DNA of 64,000 bases, from contig CM060733.1 of NCBI GenBank assembly GCA_030704615.1, positions 7,936,001-8,000,000 of the forward strand, written 5' to 3'. The notes under the pieces are model-generated. The model did not search any database, had not been told where the DNA came from, and saw only the letters and a list, made by a program, of their open reading frames with translations. The number at the start of each line of letters is the position of its first letter. Within the stretch, counting starts at the first letter, position 1. The DNA comes from Takakia lepidozioides (lineage: Eukaryota > Plantae > Bryophyta). The translations under genes and the position numbers were made by a program. This document shows positions 1-14,310 of this stretch, in pieces.

Positions 1-1498
<1,498 letters not shown>

Positions 1499-3559
1499 AT
1501 TGCAGCTTGTGTGTTTCTTTGCTCAGTGGCCCTGCTAGGATTGGTTTCTCTTTGCCTGTTGTGTTCGGGGCAGAGAGTTCATGTGCTATGGAGTGTAAAC
1601 TCTAGTGGTCAGCATTGGTGACAGACCAGTTGTTGAGCATTGCTGAAGGGATTCTCAGACAGATATGTGGCAATTTTCAGATAAACCCATGCTGTTTACA
1701 AGTACTAAATTGTCTGCGGAATAGTCTTTACGTTCAACCCCCCTTTCTCTTACTAAATTTCCTGTCAACTTCTTTCTGGGGCAAAGCAGAGAACAGCACT
1801 CTTCCCCCCAAGCCTCCCCCAGGTAATGTTGTTAGCCACATCACCATGTTGGCTTTTTGTTTATGTGAAAAGGGCTGAAAGCAGGCCTGCATTAAGAGAG
1901 ATGCCAATGTTTTTGGAGTAGCTGGTACCAGGCAGCACTCATTTTTACCCTATCGAACTTACCAAGAGAATTTGACTTGATGAGAGCAAAATCTGTTAAT
2001 TAAGTGGACTCAAGATAGGTGCTAAGCAAATTTGTGAGTACTAAAAATAGACAGCTGTTAGTTTGTGGACAATAAAGTGCCTTAGTTAAGTCCAGGTGTT
2101 GTTACTTTCCTGGAAGGAAATAGTGCAGATAGTCCTGCTATTACTCCTGCTGCATTGGGGACATACAAATCTGCCTAAATTCTTCATCTGCACTTCTTGT
2201 AGAGTATGGCTTGTTGTAAGAGAAACTTACCTAGAAAATGATGGCCACCATTAAGGGAGAATAGATAGTTGGTTAACAAACGAGGAATAAACGAATAAAC
2301 ACAGCTTGTCATGCCAAAGGCAAACTTCTCTCACAGCAGTCAAAATAATGGTTGGAGTGGACTACAAACAACATTTGCGGCTTAAAATTTGTTCAAGACA
2401 TGTGGACAAATAAGAAGGAATAAGTTGGAAGACAAAAGAATCAAAGGACATTGACCTTCCTTAAATTGGCATTTACAAACTTTTACCCTGCAATATCCAT
2501 TAGGGAGGCATTCATCCCTAAGAGATGGTACGGTGGCAGAGGAGATCCCCCATGAAAGTCTCCAACCTGGTTTAGCTTACACCTCTGCTCTACATGCTAC
2601 AGGATTAGCAAACCGATCCTGAGTTGCTTAGCAGCAAGCACAGACTACCCAAGTCATGTTAAAAGCTCGGGTAGACCTGGCATCCCTGCAGCTGTATCCA
2701 AAGTTCTCTCCAAAACTATGTCCTTGGTTGTGTCCTTCGTGCCAGCTGCAACCATCCAACCATTTACACCAGCTTCTTAGTATTGCTTGAGCTGCTTTTT
2801 AGCCCCGAACAATCAGCAGGTATACAAATTGGTTTCTCAAACCAGACCTATCTCAAACCAGACCTAACTAAAACCAGGGAGAAACACCCTGAACTCTGAT
2901 TGCTGGAGAATCATTGTTTGTGAACTGTAGGGTCATATAAAACTACATATGTCTCTAAATACTAGGTCTTCAATGAACCTCGCCAGAGGCCAAGGTATCC
3001 AAGCACTTGTATAATGCATTTAAGTTAGAGTGTAAGTAAGGAGAACAATGTCTTTACAGGACCACTTCTGACTTTCTTGCTCCCGTAATAAGATGCAAGT
3101 AAGAATTTGGATAGTGCCAATTTAAGGAGCACCTTCAAGAGGCCGTGGTTTGCGTCTCTCTTTCAAAAGTGCTGGGCGAGGATGATACTGCCTGATGCTG
3201 TCCCCCCCGTTATTAAAAAGAGCAATTATCTCCCTCTCTCTCTCACAGAGATCTTCATCTGAGCTGGGCATGGGGTCCATCGCCAGAAGGCGACAGCAAA
3301 CAAAGTCTGATGAGTATATTCCCCCTCATAGAGAGAGAAAACGGCTCTGGGCGCAGGGTCTAAGGCCACAAGCCTGTCTGTCGACAGGAGGGCCAAAGGG
3401 GCTACAAGTCACTGAAAAGAACACTTAAAACTAAAGAAATCTGAAAAGAGAGTCAAAACATCACACAGAAAAAGAAAGTGCATGTGGAGAGTTGGGTAGA
3501 GCCACACGCCAGGGTATTTCAGACTCTTCGATAATGCCAGCACTTGCACACAACCAATG

Positions 3560-4420
3560 GCAAATTGAGGTTATTCAATGTAATCGTAAGCTGGTGTAGA
3601 ACAGTCATACGAAGTATTACAATGGGTGCCAGGCCATCAGTACCTATCCAAATTGGGCTCCAGAAACACTTCGTACACATCTCCCACACAAGCAGCAATT
3701 TCCTCCATTTCAGGTCTTAACAATCCTTCTCTGCATACCCGGCACCTTCTCCACAGCTTGTTCCGTTTTGCTTCTTGCATCACCTACGCGCAGGAAGAGA
3801 GGTCTTGGAGTGATTGGATAATGTGTGGGAGAACCTGAGCAACTATTTAAGGCCTGGACATCTGTCTGGACCTCTTCCTTCTGGAATTGTTCTATGCGCC
3901 AATTTCGAAGAGATCTCTTGGTGTCAAGAATACACCTTTGATCTTAGTCCAGATAAGAAAGTGGTGAGACGAACCAATATCGGTTCTATCAACCACCGCT
4001 TTGGCACACTGGGGGACAACTTCTTATCCACTATGAGATAATCCACAATGGACCCGCAAAGGGTCTCCTTTTGACCTATTGTTCAAGATCAAAAGCTGAA
4101 GTTATTCCAGACAATTGATAAATCTCTTGCTGAGATTGTAGTTCTGCACATCCTCGCCAAAAAGCCCAATGAAGTCGTCTTGTTGTAGACCCTTGCCCAC
4201 CCGGGCATTTAAGTCACCAACTAAGACCCATGACCTCTGGTGAGGAACTTACTCCGATATTGGCTGCACGGGGAAGCTGGACTCGTCAGCACGGTATTTC
4301 CTAGGAAAGAAGTGAGGCCCCAGTGTCATTGTTCCGTTACGAAAGTGCACGAGAGTGCAAAGGAGTAATAAGTACCACAACAAACATGGCACCATTCACC
4401 CCAACTTGAGCTTTTGCAAC
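3560..4420 (-). mobile_element. Decayed LINE fragment (APE endonuclease region); boundaries approximate
   Basis: The minus strand near 4197-4231 reads WVLVGDLNARVG (GDFNA-type APE motif). 3643-3750 recurs at 63869-63975, so the sequence is repetitive. Confidence 0.55.
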
Positions 4421-5348
4421 GCCGATGGCAGTTCCTCAATGCTCGCCAGGCTGCCCCAACTTCAGCTAATCAAGAATGGCCGGGTTCACAAACAATATGG
4501 TGAAGTAGAGGCCCTGTGAGTAATGAGATTGGTCCTCAATTCACAAGCAGGAATTCTCAATTTCTTTCCTTCCCTACCTCTGTCCTTCCGATTAATTAGG
4601 CTGCCGATAGTTTGGCCAATCGCTTGACACAGCATGGAAAGAGCAACGACTACACCCCGCCCTTTGTCCCTCACGCTTAATCTTCAGTGTTGACCACTCA
4701 CTTTTCTCCCCTCCAAATACAATCTGAACTTGAAAAGGGGCATGAGATCGCCTCGTGTTGCTGCATGCAGTCGCAATGTATGTACGTTGCTGCCTCCAAC
4801 TCCCAGGGTAAAATATAGTAAGTACAATATTGGTGTACTTTGCAGACTAAATGTTTGTGGACAGACTCGGATGGAGTCCGCTGTTAGGAGGAGCTTGGTT
4901 TGTGGAGCCCTCTGTGCGGTCTCTTGATTCTCCCGACATCTCTGCACTTGCTTCAGCACCACACCGTCATGGTGCTACATGAGTTGGTTCGTGAGAGACA
5001 CGCACAATCAACTCAACGCGGCATTGTGGGAGCCAGAGCAGACCTGCTTACTGCAGCCGCTCAACATCAACGTCATCTCTTGAGAGACGTTCCGTAAATA
5101 ATACGCTTTTAGGTCACAAAAGAAAACGACTAAAAGTACCTGCAGGGTGGTAAAAGTACATGTAAAATAGAAATTTCTTATAATATCTCTAGGGACGCAC
5201 ACAAGTTTAGACAGCATGCACTGCATATATAAAAAGGGGCTCAGAACCGAGTATTCTTCTTCACTTGCTGCCGAGCTTTGCTGTTTCACGTCTTTATTCT
5301 TCACGTTGGGAGTGGAAGGGAGAGATTGTGCAGCTACGCACAGCGGCC

Positions 5349-6549
5349 ATGGACCCCTCTGTGTGGGGAAGATTGTCGGGAGACATGGTGGATGCTGTTA
5401 TTACTTCTTGCCAGTTTTCAGTTTACTTCGATTTCGCGTTGTTTGCAAACATTGGTGTTCTTTGATCGATTCTCCTTCATTCCGCAAGACCTCTGCAGAG
5501 ATCGAAGGAGCATCTCCTCTTATGCAATCATTTGTAGGTTTTCTTAAGCATGATTATACTAACGGAGATCATTCTGACGGAGGAGCAAGACGTGGAATTA
5601 ATGCACAATTATGGACGTACGATCTTGTAGCCCAGCGGTGGCAGGCAGGTACTAGGAGCCACCTCAAGAGTGGGTTTTCGCAACAGGGTTTTGGAGCAGG
5701 AGGCCTTTCATGTGCGCTGATTCCCCGTGATAATAAGGTTGGGATGGACATTGAGGTATTCAACCCACTGACAGGTAGCTCTAGAATACTGCCTCATACG
5801 CTCAATCGTTGGCATCTGATCCCAGTGAAGATGAGAGAACAAAGACGTACAAGATTATTATTGCGGGCAATCGTGAGTACTGGGGTGAAGACTAGAGATA
5901 CCAGATCACAGAGATCTACGATGCAGCATTGGGTTCGTGGAAACACGGTGGACGCTTCCTGCCTTGGTATCCATGTTATCACCGGTACATCCTTTGGAAT
6001 ACAATTGGTGTTGAGCACAAAGGGGTTTTGTACTTTGTAGTTCGTACGAAGTGTAGACTATTCCCGAGATTCCGGCTGATTGCGTACAACATTGAACAAG
6101 ATGTATGGAGCGAGATGCCACACATCCTTCCCACAGGAGCCTGCGAACGCGAGGAGTTTGCACTTGTTGAGTGTGAAGAACGGTTATTAGTCGCAGGAGC
6201 AGTTTGTGGGGATCAGTCCAACATCTCAGATTTCAACATCTTGGAGCTGAACACGTCAAGCAAAGAGTGGGTCCCTCTATTCAAAGTTCCACTTCCAATC
6301 GATTGGTATGAGTGGGATCAGAATCTAATTTACAGAGTGGTGTGGGGTAACCAATAGGTTATAAAAAGCATCCGACGCTGGCATGATGTTGCTGAAGGCG
6401 TATTGGTGTACGACATGCTTCAAAACACACTGCGATGTTGTAAATCATTTGAAAATTCGTATCCTCCTGTTGCAGTAGAGTTTTTATTTCGGCCGCCTTG
6501 TTGCGGACACAAGAGTTGTAGAATTATGCAAAGCATGGCGTATAGCTGA
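5349..6549 (+). pseudogene. F-box (kelch/FBA-type) protein pseudogene, intronless
   Basis: MDPSVWGRLSGDMVDAVI, then a frameshift to LPVFSLLRFRVVCKHWCSLI (F-box). Later VFNPLTGSSRILP, AYNIEQDVWSEM, LVECEERLLV and a C-terminal FLFRP. Frameshifts at ~5403 and ~5820 and an in-frame TAG at 6355-6357. Confidence 0.8.
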
Positions 6550-6818
6550 CCAGTTTACATTCTCTTTGAGTTTGCAATCCTTGTAATTTTCTCTTTTTGA
6601 TTTAAGTTGAGGGATTATGTTTTTGCTTAATTTTAAAGCAGGGCTCCTTGTTTTAGAAAATTTATCAACCCGAAAAGATTACCTGTAAGGGAGTAATCTG
6701 CTTTTGTTAAAATGTAACAGGGAGGCAATTCCGACTTTTCTGCCAGATCAGCTAGCTCAAAACCGTTGTTCTTCAGAGACCAGCCTCCCCATCAAGGTCG
6801 CACGAAACGAATGAAAAA

Positions 6819-6820
<2 letters not shown>

Positions 6821-6867
<47 letters not shown>
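6821..6867. repeat. 47-nt poly(T) tract
   Basis: Uninterrupted T run, directly visible. Confidence 0.95.
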
Positions 6868-8720
6868 CACTCGGACTGTTCGCGGCCTTCCGTGGCTCCA
6901 ACCGCCACGACTCCTCACGGCTCGCCCTAGCCGCTCATTGGCCACAGTATGCCCCGTGATATCCCGTGGTACCACACCCACGAGCCGTCACGGCCCGCCA
7001 TCCCCACAATCTGGTCACCGTGCCCACCCGTGGTGTCCGCACCACGACTTCCCAAGGTCACGATCAATGGTCACGGTCAACGGTCACGACCTAGGCTCGT
7101 GGTATCTCGTGATACCGCCCCCACGGACCATCACGGGCCACTGTTCCTGCGTTCCTTGGAACTCCCCACGAGTTCCCATGCGTTTCCGGACGTTCCCACA
7201 CGTTCCCGAGCTCTCCCCGAGATGGTTGTTTTTATTTTTTATTTTTTTATAATCATTTCACTCTGTTCGTGGCCTTCCGTGGCTCCAACCGCCATGACTC
7301 CTCACGGCCCGCCCTAGGCGCTCGTTGGCCACGGGCTGCCCCGTGATACCCCATGGTACCATGCCCACGAGCCTTCACGGCCCGCCATCCCCACGATCTG
7401 GTCACCGTGCCAACCCGTAGTGTCCGCACCACGACTTCCCACGGTCACGGTCAATGGTCACGGTCAACGATTCACTGCGTTCCCAGGAACTCCACACGAG
7501 TTTCCGAGGCGTTCCCACGCGTTCCTGAGCTCTCCCCGAGCTGGGGTTTGCTCCTGCACCTGCTGCCGCTGAGCTATAGCTTCTGCGAAGCCACCAGACC
7601 TGCTGCCATGCTCTCTTGGGCTCTCACGACCCACCAAATGCACCCTAAACTCAACAAACAAGTAATATGCTGCCCAACAAGCTTTATTTCTTCATGAAGC
7701 TCACAAAAACGAATCTAAAAATACACACATTTACAAACTTGGTGCACCTGCACTTCTCATGCATATCCCCTGGCTCTAGGGCGCCTCGTTGCTGCCCTTC
7801 CAGCACTACTCTTGCCACTCCAAGAGCCCTTACACTGCTGAGTTTCAGATTGAAACTCCAACTCAACACATGTTTCACAAGTGCACTGATTTGCACACAA
7901 GAGGGCCAACCCCCTCTCTTCACTCATACCTCTTCATGAGCTTGGAGCTGAAGCTCCCAACAGGCTGCGATGCATCCCCTCGCAGCTCCACTATTCGGCT
8001 GCTCCTCATCTACCCACAACAACTAGTCTCGGACAAAAATACCTGGAGCTGATCATATCATCTCCAACCTGCAACACGCTAGCTTCCCATACGCAGCCCA
8101 CATTCCTGCAGCTCCTTAACTTGGCCTACAGCTGAAGAAGACGACCACCAGTTCGCCCACTCGTGGCCAGCATCTCCTCCGCTTCACACTAGAAGCCCAA
8201 ACTTGGTTGCCATAGCGTTGAGCTATACAACGCCACCATTCAATACAGGCTAACCGTCTCTCTATCCATTGCAAACCTGAAACCTGTTCGCCTTCGCACT
8301 CTATCTGCTTTGGATAGGCTCATGCACGGATCCCTGCATTCTCAGCTGAACCGCTTCTCATAAAAACACAAGTATTACAACTAACTCGAACTTGGCACTC
8401 ACAGACTCAAGCTGATCTTTATCAAATGATAAAAAAAGAATGATACAAGTACACAAGCTCTCTCAAACTCACATATTTGCACATGAAAATATCACCCATA
8501 TATTAAGTTGAGCCAAGTGCACCCCACGCCATGGGGAATCCACACTACGGCGCCATAGCTAGACGCAGTGAGGCTCAACTCAATAAAGATGAGCCCACCG
8601 CGATCTGCCGTGAAGATAACAACGCCAGGTGCCCAAACATATATTGGTCCCTGGATTGACGTTTGGATCAATCCCAAATATCAATATATCAAAACTAACT
8701 ATTTCCTAGCTAGTTTCACA
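6868..8720. mobile_element. Non-coding relic related to the 5' leader/LTR region of the 16.9-27.2 kb Gypsy element, with an internal tandem duplication (6868-7220 / 7259-7540)
   Basis: 7510-7880 aligns with 25380-25830 (e.g. GATTGAAACTCCAACTCAACACATG vs GATTGAAACCCCAACTCAAAACATG). 8590-8620 weakly resembles LTR sequence at 16990-17025. Confidence 0.55.
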
Positions 8721-9183
8721 CTAGTAGTAAAATAACTTGACAAGTTTCGTAAAATTGTTAGTTTCGCCAATTCCGTTTCGTTGTGGAAATTTCGCGAAAA
8801 TTTTGGAGAAATTCGGGGAATATGCCCTTGTGCTCATGTGAGCATGCTCATGCGCTACCTAACCTCCTGCCACTCACATTGCAAAACCTACCTGCACATC
8901 TAAACTAAGGCCTTATCATACGAGCGGCAGTGACCTCCAGTGACATGGAAGTCCTTGGCTAGGAATTGTAGCACATGTACGTAATGGCTGCTCGTATGCG
9001 AGAGCAAGTTGTCAAAGTCTTGAGACCATTATAATCATTTATTGAAACATACAAGCATGTTTGATGTTTTTCTTCTACAATGATATGTGTGTATCTATAA
9101 ACTGAGGCGTGGACTGTGTAACCCATTGACTGAATTGTATTTGGTTTGCGTTGGTGCAACGGGAGTTAGCATGCTTTTGACTC

Positions 9184-9534
9184 TTGCAAATTCCGCCAAA
9201 TTCAACGGAGCAACCTCTACAATGGTGGAGAGGGCACCAGCTACAATTTCCTACAATGGCATATTTGGCGAGACAAATTCTCGGGATCCCTGGCAGTCAT
9301 ATTGAAACTGAACGCATATTTTCAATTTGCTGGGATTCTTACAAGTCCTTGACGTTCAAAAATTTAGAGCAGCTCGTGATCCTCGTGAAAAACTGGCCAG
9401 ACGATCCTTGCGTGGGGCTTGAGGCCGCTATGCAATCCTCTTATGATTTTGGTGAAAAAGAAGCCAACATGGTGGATGATCTCGAAGAAGAATTTGAAGA
9501 AGAACCTGGTCGAGAGGTGTCCAGAAGACAATGA
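9184..9534 (+). mobile_element. hAT transposase C-terminal dimerisation-domain fragment
   Basis: PLQWWRGHQLQFPTMAYLARQILGIPGSHIETERIFS is the classic hATC motif, followed by an acidic tail. The rest of the transposase was not found. Confidence 0.85.
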
Positions 9535-10384
9535 CGACGATAATGGGAGGGTATGTCTAAAACTATATACCCGCACAACAACAGAATATACCAAGACATG
9601 TTACTGCCTATTTCCATCTTAGGGTTTGCATCTTACTTTCTCTCTCTGCAGTTGCATGGTCTTGCTTGTGTTTGTCAATATAGTGAAGGGAAGGATCCTT
9701 TGTGGAGGGATTTCGGACCTTGCCATGTAAGTGAATTGCTCGTGTATCAGCTGCAAGAGTTGGGCTCTACAAGATGATGTTTTGTGCTTGTAGTAGGAAG
9801 AAAAAGATGAACTTGTCCCACGCAAAGTATCAAGTGATCGGCGAGTTTCTCTGGAATGGTAGAAGGAAGATATCCTAGTTGTGGCCATGGCAGGTTTCGT
9901 CCATTTAGCTTTAAGATTTAGACTATAGGAGAATTTGTCTCAGAGACTTAGTAAATATAGTTGATGTTTAAGTTTGCTCTTGAAAATCGCATTCCGCAAT
10001 TTTAGATGTTTTCTTTGAATTCGCTGATGTTGCCATGGACTGAAACTCTAGAAATCGAAATTTTTCTCAGAAGATGATTGTGACGGTCCTTTTCCTGTGG
10101 GGAATGGGCCAGGAAACAGGTCAGGTGAGAAGGTGTCATTCACAGTCACGCTTACTTCAGATCCAAAACTTCCTTACAAAGTGTAATTACTTTTTATGTC
10201 TCCATGTTTGGATATCTGATCTCGCTGACTTGACAGTGATGGTTGTTGACGTTTGACTCTTGCATCTGTAGTTTCAAATCGGTAGTAGTCAAAATTGCAA
10301 TGCTTCTGTGACCATGTAATTGTGTTTGCAATGCTCCTACAATTTTGTTTGGAGGGTGGTGTACCTAGAAGTATTGCAATCCAC

Positions 10385-11974
10385 TCCCTCTCTCTCCTCT
10401 CCCACACACCCGTGCAAATGTCATGCCAGAACTTGCCTTTGTCTCCTTGGTTGTTAACTCTCATGTGATTTCAGCAAACAACAACAAACAACGTCTTATG
10501 AGTACAATCTCATGTGATTTGTGCGGGCTTGCCTGTTGCAGATGGTGTGGGCAACAACCCTCAACAGAGTGCAAGTAAGCAAGTCAGTGAAGTCATCCAT
10601 CTGCCTTTCGTGGTTGGGTTGCATAACCTGTTGTTTTTTAGTTGTAATTGGTTGTTGAAAAACGGGTTAGACCTTCATCAAACCCTAGAGTACTTTTGGT
10701 AGAAGGTTAGCAATGTTAGAGGAGGTGGTAAGCCTAGTGTGTCTCACCATTGAGGGAGTAGATGGAGTCACATATTGCTAGCTCATTGGTTGCATTCTAA
10801 AGCATTCTAAATGTCACGTTGTGTCTGTAGGCAATGTGTTCCTGAAGCATGGATCAGAGTTGTGTCTTATCCCTCGAGACAGAGTGGGCGGTGCTCACTC
10901 CAAGTAAATATTAGATGAAATTTATGGTGGGGTGGGGGAATGTAGTGTCAACGTCCACCTCCTCTTTGGAAGATGGATTTTATTTTCAAATGTTTATGGT
11001 GTTGTTACCAGTCCACCTTGTTTCAAGCTACCTTTGCTTATGACCTGGAAGGTCATCAGTCAATCAGTATGCCCATGGGGGATAATGAGTTGTGTATAGA
11101 AGGTCATGTCTGTAACCTATCAGGGTAAAGAAATTGCTGGATGTGCACCCGATTGTATGTACCTGATTGTATGTACAGTATTCTTCCTTCCAAGATCCAA
11201 ACATTAACCTAGCAACAGCTGAGGATAAAAAATTGTCATCTTTCCAAGGGGGAGAGATGTGTTGTACTGCATCTCGAGTGATATTGGCTAAGGAACTGTG
11301 GTCGTGAGTCTGGCTGATTTCAATGGTTGAGTCTATGTTTATGTTAGAGCAAGCTCTCAAAAGAGTGCAAGAAGTGGGTACAGCCAATGGATTTCTTTGT
11401 TCTTAGTAACAATTGTGCAGATGTTGTACACTATGACCACAGTTCTAAATGTATGCATCAATGCCTGACACAATGTCTACATTCCAGTTGGAAGGAACAG
11501 ATCTTCAAAAGATTGTTTGGGACGAAGTTTGACCTGCCAACAGTAGCGGAAAGAGCTGACTACAATGTCATGCTGCAACCAGCTTACTTTCATATGCTGT
11601 CCATTATAAGAGTTGTTTGAAGTATTGAGGGAATTCCATGTACCACAAAACATATCTTGATTCTTAAGAGTCATACTGGTTGCAACTGAGAAGTTATAAG
11701 TACTGGATTCACTGGAGAAGAGGTACCACAGAAAAGTGATGTCTTACATGTCAATATCCACTGTTGACACTCACATAAAGCCGACAATCAAATTGCAAAT
11801 TTTCCAGCCATGTCAAAGACCAACCCTTGATGAAGAAAGTTGGAATAACTAAGGCCCCGGTTTGCCTTGCTCACAACAACAAGTTTTCTACAAGGACTAT
11901 AGCGAGATATGTACATTTCTGAACTTCTTGAAGAACAAAGTCTATAGACAGAGACCAAGCCTCGTTGGGACATG
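10385..11974 (+). repeat. Copy 2 of the direct duplication
   Basis: Colinear with 1-1498 apart from small indels. The left boundary cannot be fixed because copy 1 is cut by the window edge. Confidence 0.93.
10542..10907 (+). pseudogene. UFM1: UFM1 partial duplicate (exons 10542-10574, 10831-10907)
   Basis: Same two exons as 111-463 but encoding [36 protein letters not shown] (I>N, G>S, R>C at conserved sites). No upstream UFM1 exons recognised in 9.5-10.5 kb. Confidence 0.8.
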
Positions 11975-13287
11975 TATACGGTACACAACTCCTTCCAGGT
12001 CAATTGCATTTTCCTTGCAAACTTCCATTTTACAATTCTGTATGATTTGTTTCTCAGCAAGAAAAATCGAAGAGGCTAAGTTATAGCCTAATTTTGGTGG
12101 GGTTGGGATGGCAGTGGACAGGTGCGGGCTACCTGCGGCAAGTGTCTCGAGGCAATTTAAACAAAACTGGAAAACAGCAAAAGAGTTGAACACAAGCGTG
12201 ACACGCAGCTGGCGTATGTCCACGCGATCCTCATCGACCAGTTGAGACTCGAGACTTTCTGGCATGTGTATACTTAAACGCACACGGAGACTGTGAAAGT
12301 GCCATTGAAAAGTAATGTTTTGGTGGTGTGGCACCGTCAAGCAGGCAAGCTGCTGTGAGCCATCGCGAAGGCGTGACAGATGGAGGACATTGGCTTCGGC
12401 ACTTGTGGTGCCCACCGCACGCACTGCATTGGGGCCCTCAGACTACTGTTTTGAGATGCTGTTATTTCACAAAACTAATCTCGAAGGTCAGACCTGCATT
12501 TGACCAGCAGCAATTGTGGGGGACACTTGGAAGCTGCACAGGCAACACTCTCAAGTCTCCATACTAGGTAAGCATCAATGGCAGATGTTAGCTATCCGTA
12601 GACTGTGTATTTGGGGACCTTCGCCGGGGGATCACCACTGGCCCACCTGGTGCATTGAACCTGGTCGCTCCTCAGTTGGAGGCGATCTTCCTGGGGTCTG
12701 GCGCCACCAAGCTGAAGCTTCTACCGTTCTCTCGTGGACGTCACACAAACATATATACACTGGGTTGATGGGTTGCGGAGTTGTATTGATATGTGGACGG
12801 GAGTTGCAGTTGTCTCCATAAACTTACTCTAGTGTCTGTTGTTCTTTCTCAAGCCTTGCTGGTCTTGGGTGTTCCGCGCTGTGTTGGTAAGGGGTTGATC
12901 GTGTTTCATTCCCTCGGTTCTGCACTGTCTTCGCAGAGGTTTTGTTGTAGCAGCCGGCATTGGCTTCTTGCTTGACCCCAATCTGCAGCTGTCTCTGTCT
13001 TTGTGATAGAACCCAAGTGGAGTAGTTGTGTCGGGGTGATCACTTGTTTCAGAAATTCAGATTGCAAGTGGGGTACATTGATTTATCCTCATTCTGGGTC
13101 CGTCTCTACAATTTGTGATTGAGGCATTGTTGGGTTCTGCCATTTCGTTGGAAGTGTGATTTGGTGGACGAGAGCTAGAGGAAGAGGCAGTGAAGCTAAC
13201 GTCTGAGAAGTGGATTGACAAGTTTGGACTCTTAAGAGGTTGACGTGAGACGTACGCGTCGGTTGCCGTCTGGTTAGAAAGGAAGAA

Positions 13288-14121
13288 ATGGAAAGCGTCC
13301 CAGTGCTCAGGATGAAAGTGGAGGCTATGACATGGGCCTCACAGGCCAAGGATGCCACCATAGCCTCCTTGCAAGCTAAGCTGAAAACCGCTCTTGAGAC
13401 AATGAAAGTTGAGCAAACCAGACTTGCGGCATCAACTTCCCACAACATGGAGCTGGAAAAGGAACTCAAAGCAAGCGTTGCCCGAGAGAGGGCGCTTGAG
13501 AGGCAAGTAGAGGATGTGAAAACCCGGCATCTGCAGAACATGGAGGAGATGAAGGCCGAGCACCTAAGAGAAGTTGGGAACACAAAGTTACGGTACGATC
13601 GGGAAATTCAGAGGCTGAAAGCTGTCCAACAAACTTTGGAGGATGCAGAGGAGAGACTGTGCGTGCAATTGGGCGACATTGAGGTTGAGGCTATGGAGCA
13701 AAACCGGTTTTTCGGTGCCAAGTTAGCATCTCTCTCCTCGCGCTTAGTCGAGAGAGAAGGCGAGTTGGCCCTTGCTCTCTCTCAAGTAGAAGCTTTCCGC
13801 CAGCAGAAGCAGTCGATTAAAGAGATCGAGAACATCGACCTAGCGGCCGAGCTGACGAAGGCAAGAAACGAGTGTGAGTCACTGCAAGAAAAGTTACGGA
13901 CGGTCACTGGTTCCTTGCAAGGTACAAAAGTGCAAATTCAAACCTTGATTCAAAGAGATTTTCCTATTTTGGACAAGGCGGGGCATTTGAGATTAAGAGG
14001 GACAGAGATACCGACTGAGAGAGGAAAATTACAGCGGCAGCCATACACTCTATGTCGAGCAGAGAGCATGAGTTGGGTGGAGTCACAACGAGTAGTACCA
14101 CTGGCGGACGTCTCAGTTTAA
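13288..14121 (+). CDS. Coiled-coil protein of unknown function (277 aa)
   Basis: Long open frame, E/K/L/Q/A-rich heptad-like composition; no family motif recognised. The C-terminal ~55 aa run into a duplicated segment. Confidence 0.5.
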   Translation: MESVPVLRMKVEAMTWASQAKDATIASLQAKLKTALETMKVEQTRLAASTSHNMELEKELKASVARERALERQVEDVKTRHLQNMEEMKAEHLREVGNTKLRYDREIQRLKAVQQTLEDAEERLCVQLGDIEVEAMEQNRFFGAKLASLSSRLVEREGELALALSQVEAFRQQKQSIKEIENIDLAAELTKARNECESLQEKLRTVTGSLQGTKVQIQTLIQRDFPILDKAGHLRLRGTEIPTERGKLQRQPYTLCRAESMSWVESQRVVPLADVSV

Positions 14122-14310
14122 GTTCAAAATACGTTTATTTCAGAGAGATTTTCCTATTTTCGACAAGGCAAGGACATTTGAGATTAAGAGGGACAGTGAT
14201 ACCGACTGAGAGAGAGAAACAGCGGCAGCCATACACTGTGTCGAGCAGACAGCATGAGTTGGGCGGAGTCACAACGAGTAGTACCACTGGCGGACATCTC
14301 AGCTCAAGTC
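13953..14310 (+). repeat. Tandem duplication of a ~170 bp unit (13953-14120, 14143-14310)
   Basis: AGAGATTTTCCTATTTT...GTAGTACCACTGGCGGAC occurs twice. Confidence 0.9.

Noticed and set aside
6821-6867. Poly(A) tail of a minus-strand retroposed copy
   Set aside because: No target-site duplication was found, and the second tandem unit also begins after a T-rich tract (7226-7250), so it may be an expanded internal T run.
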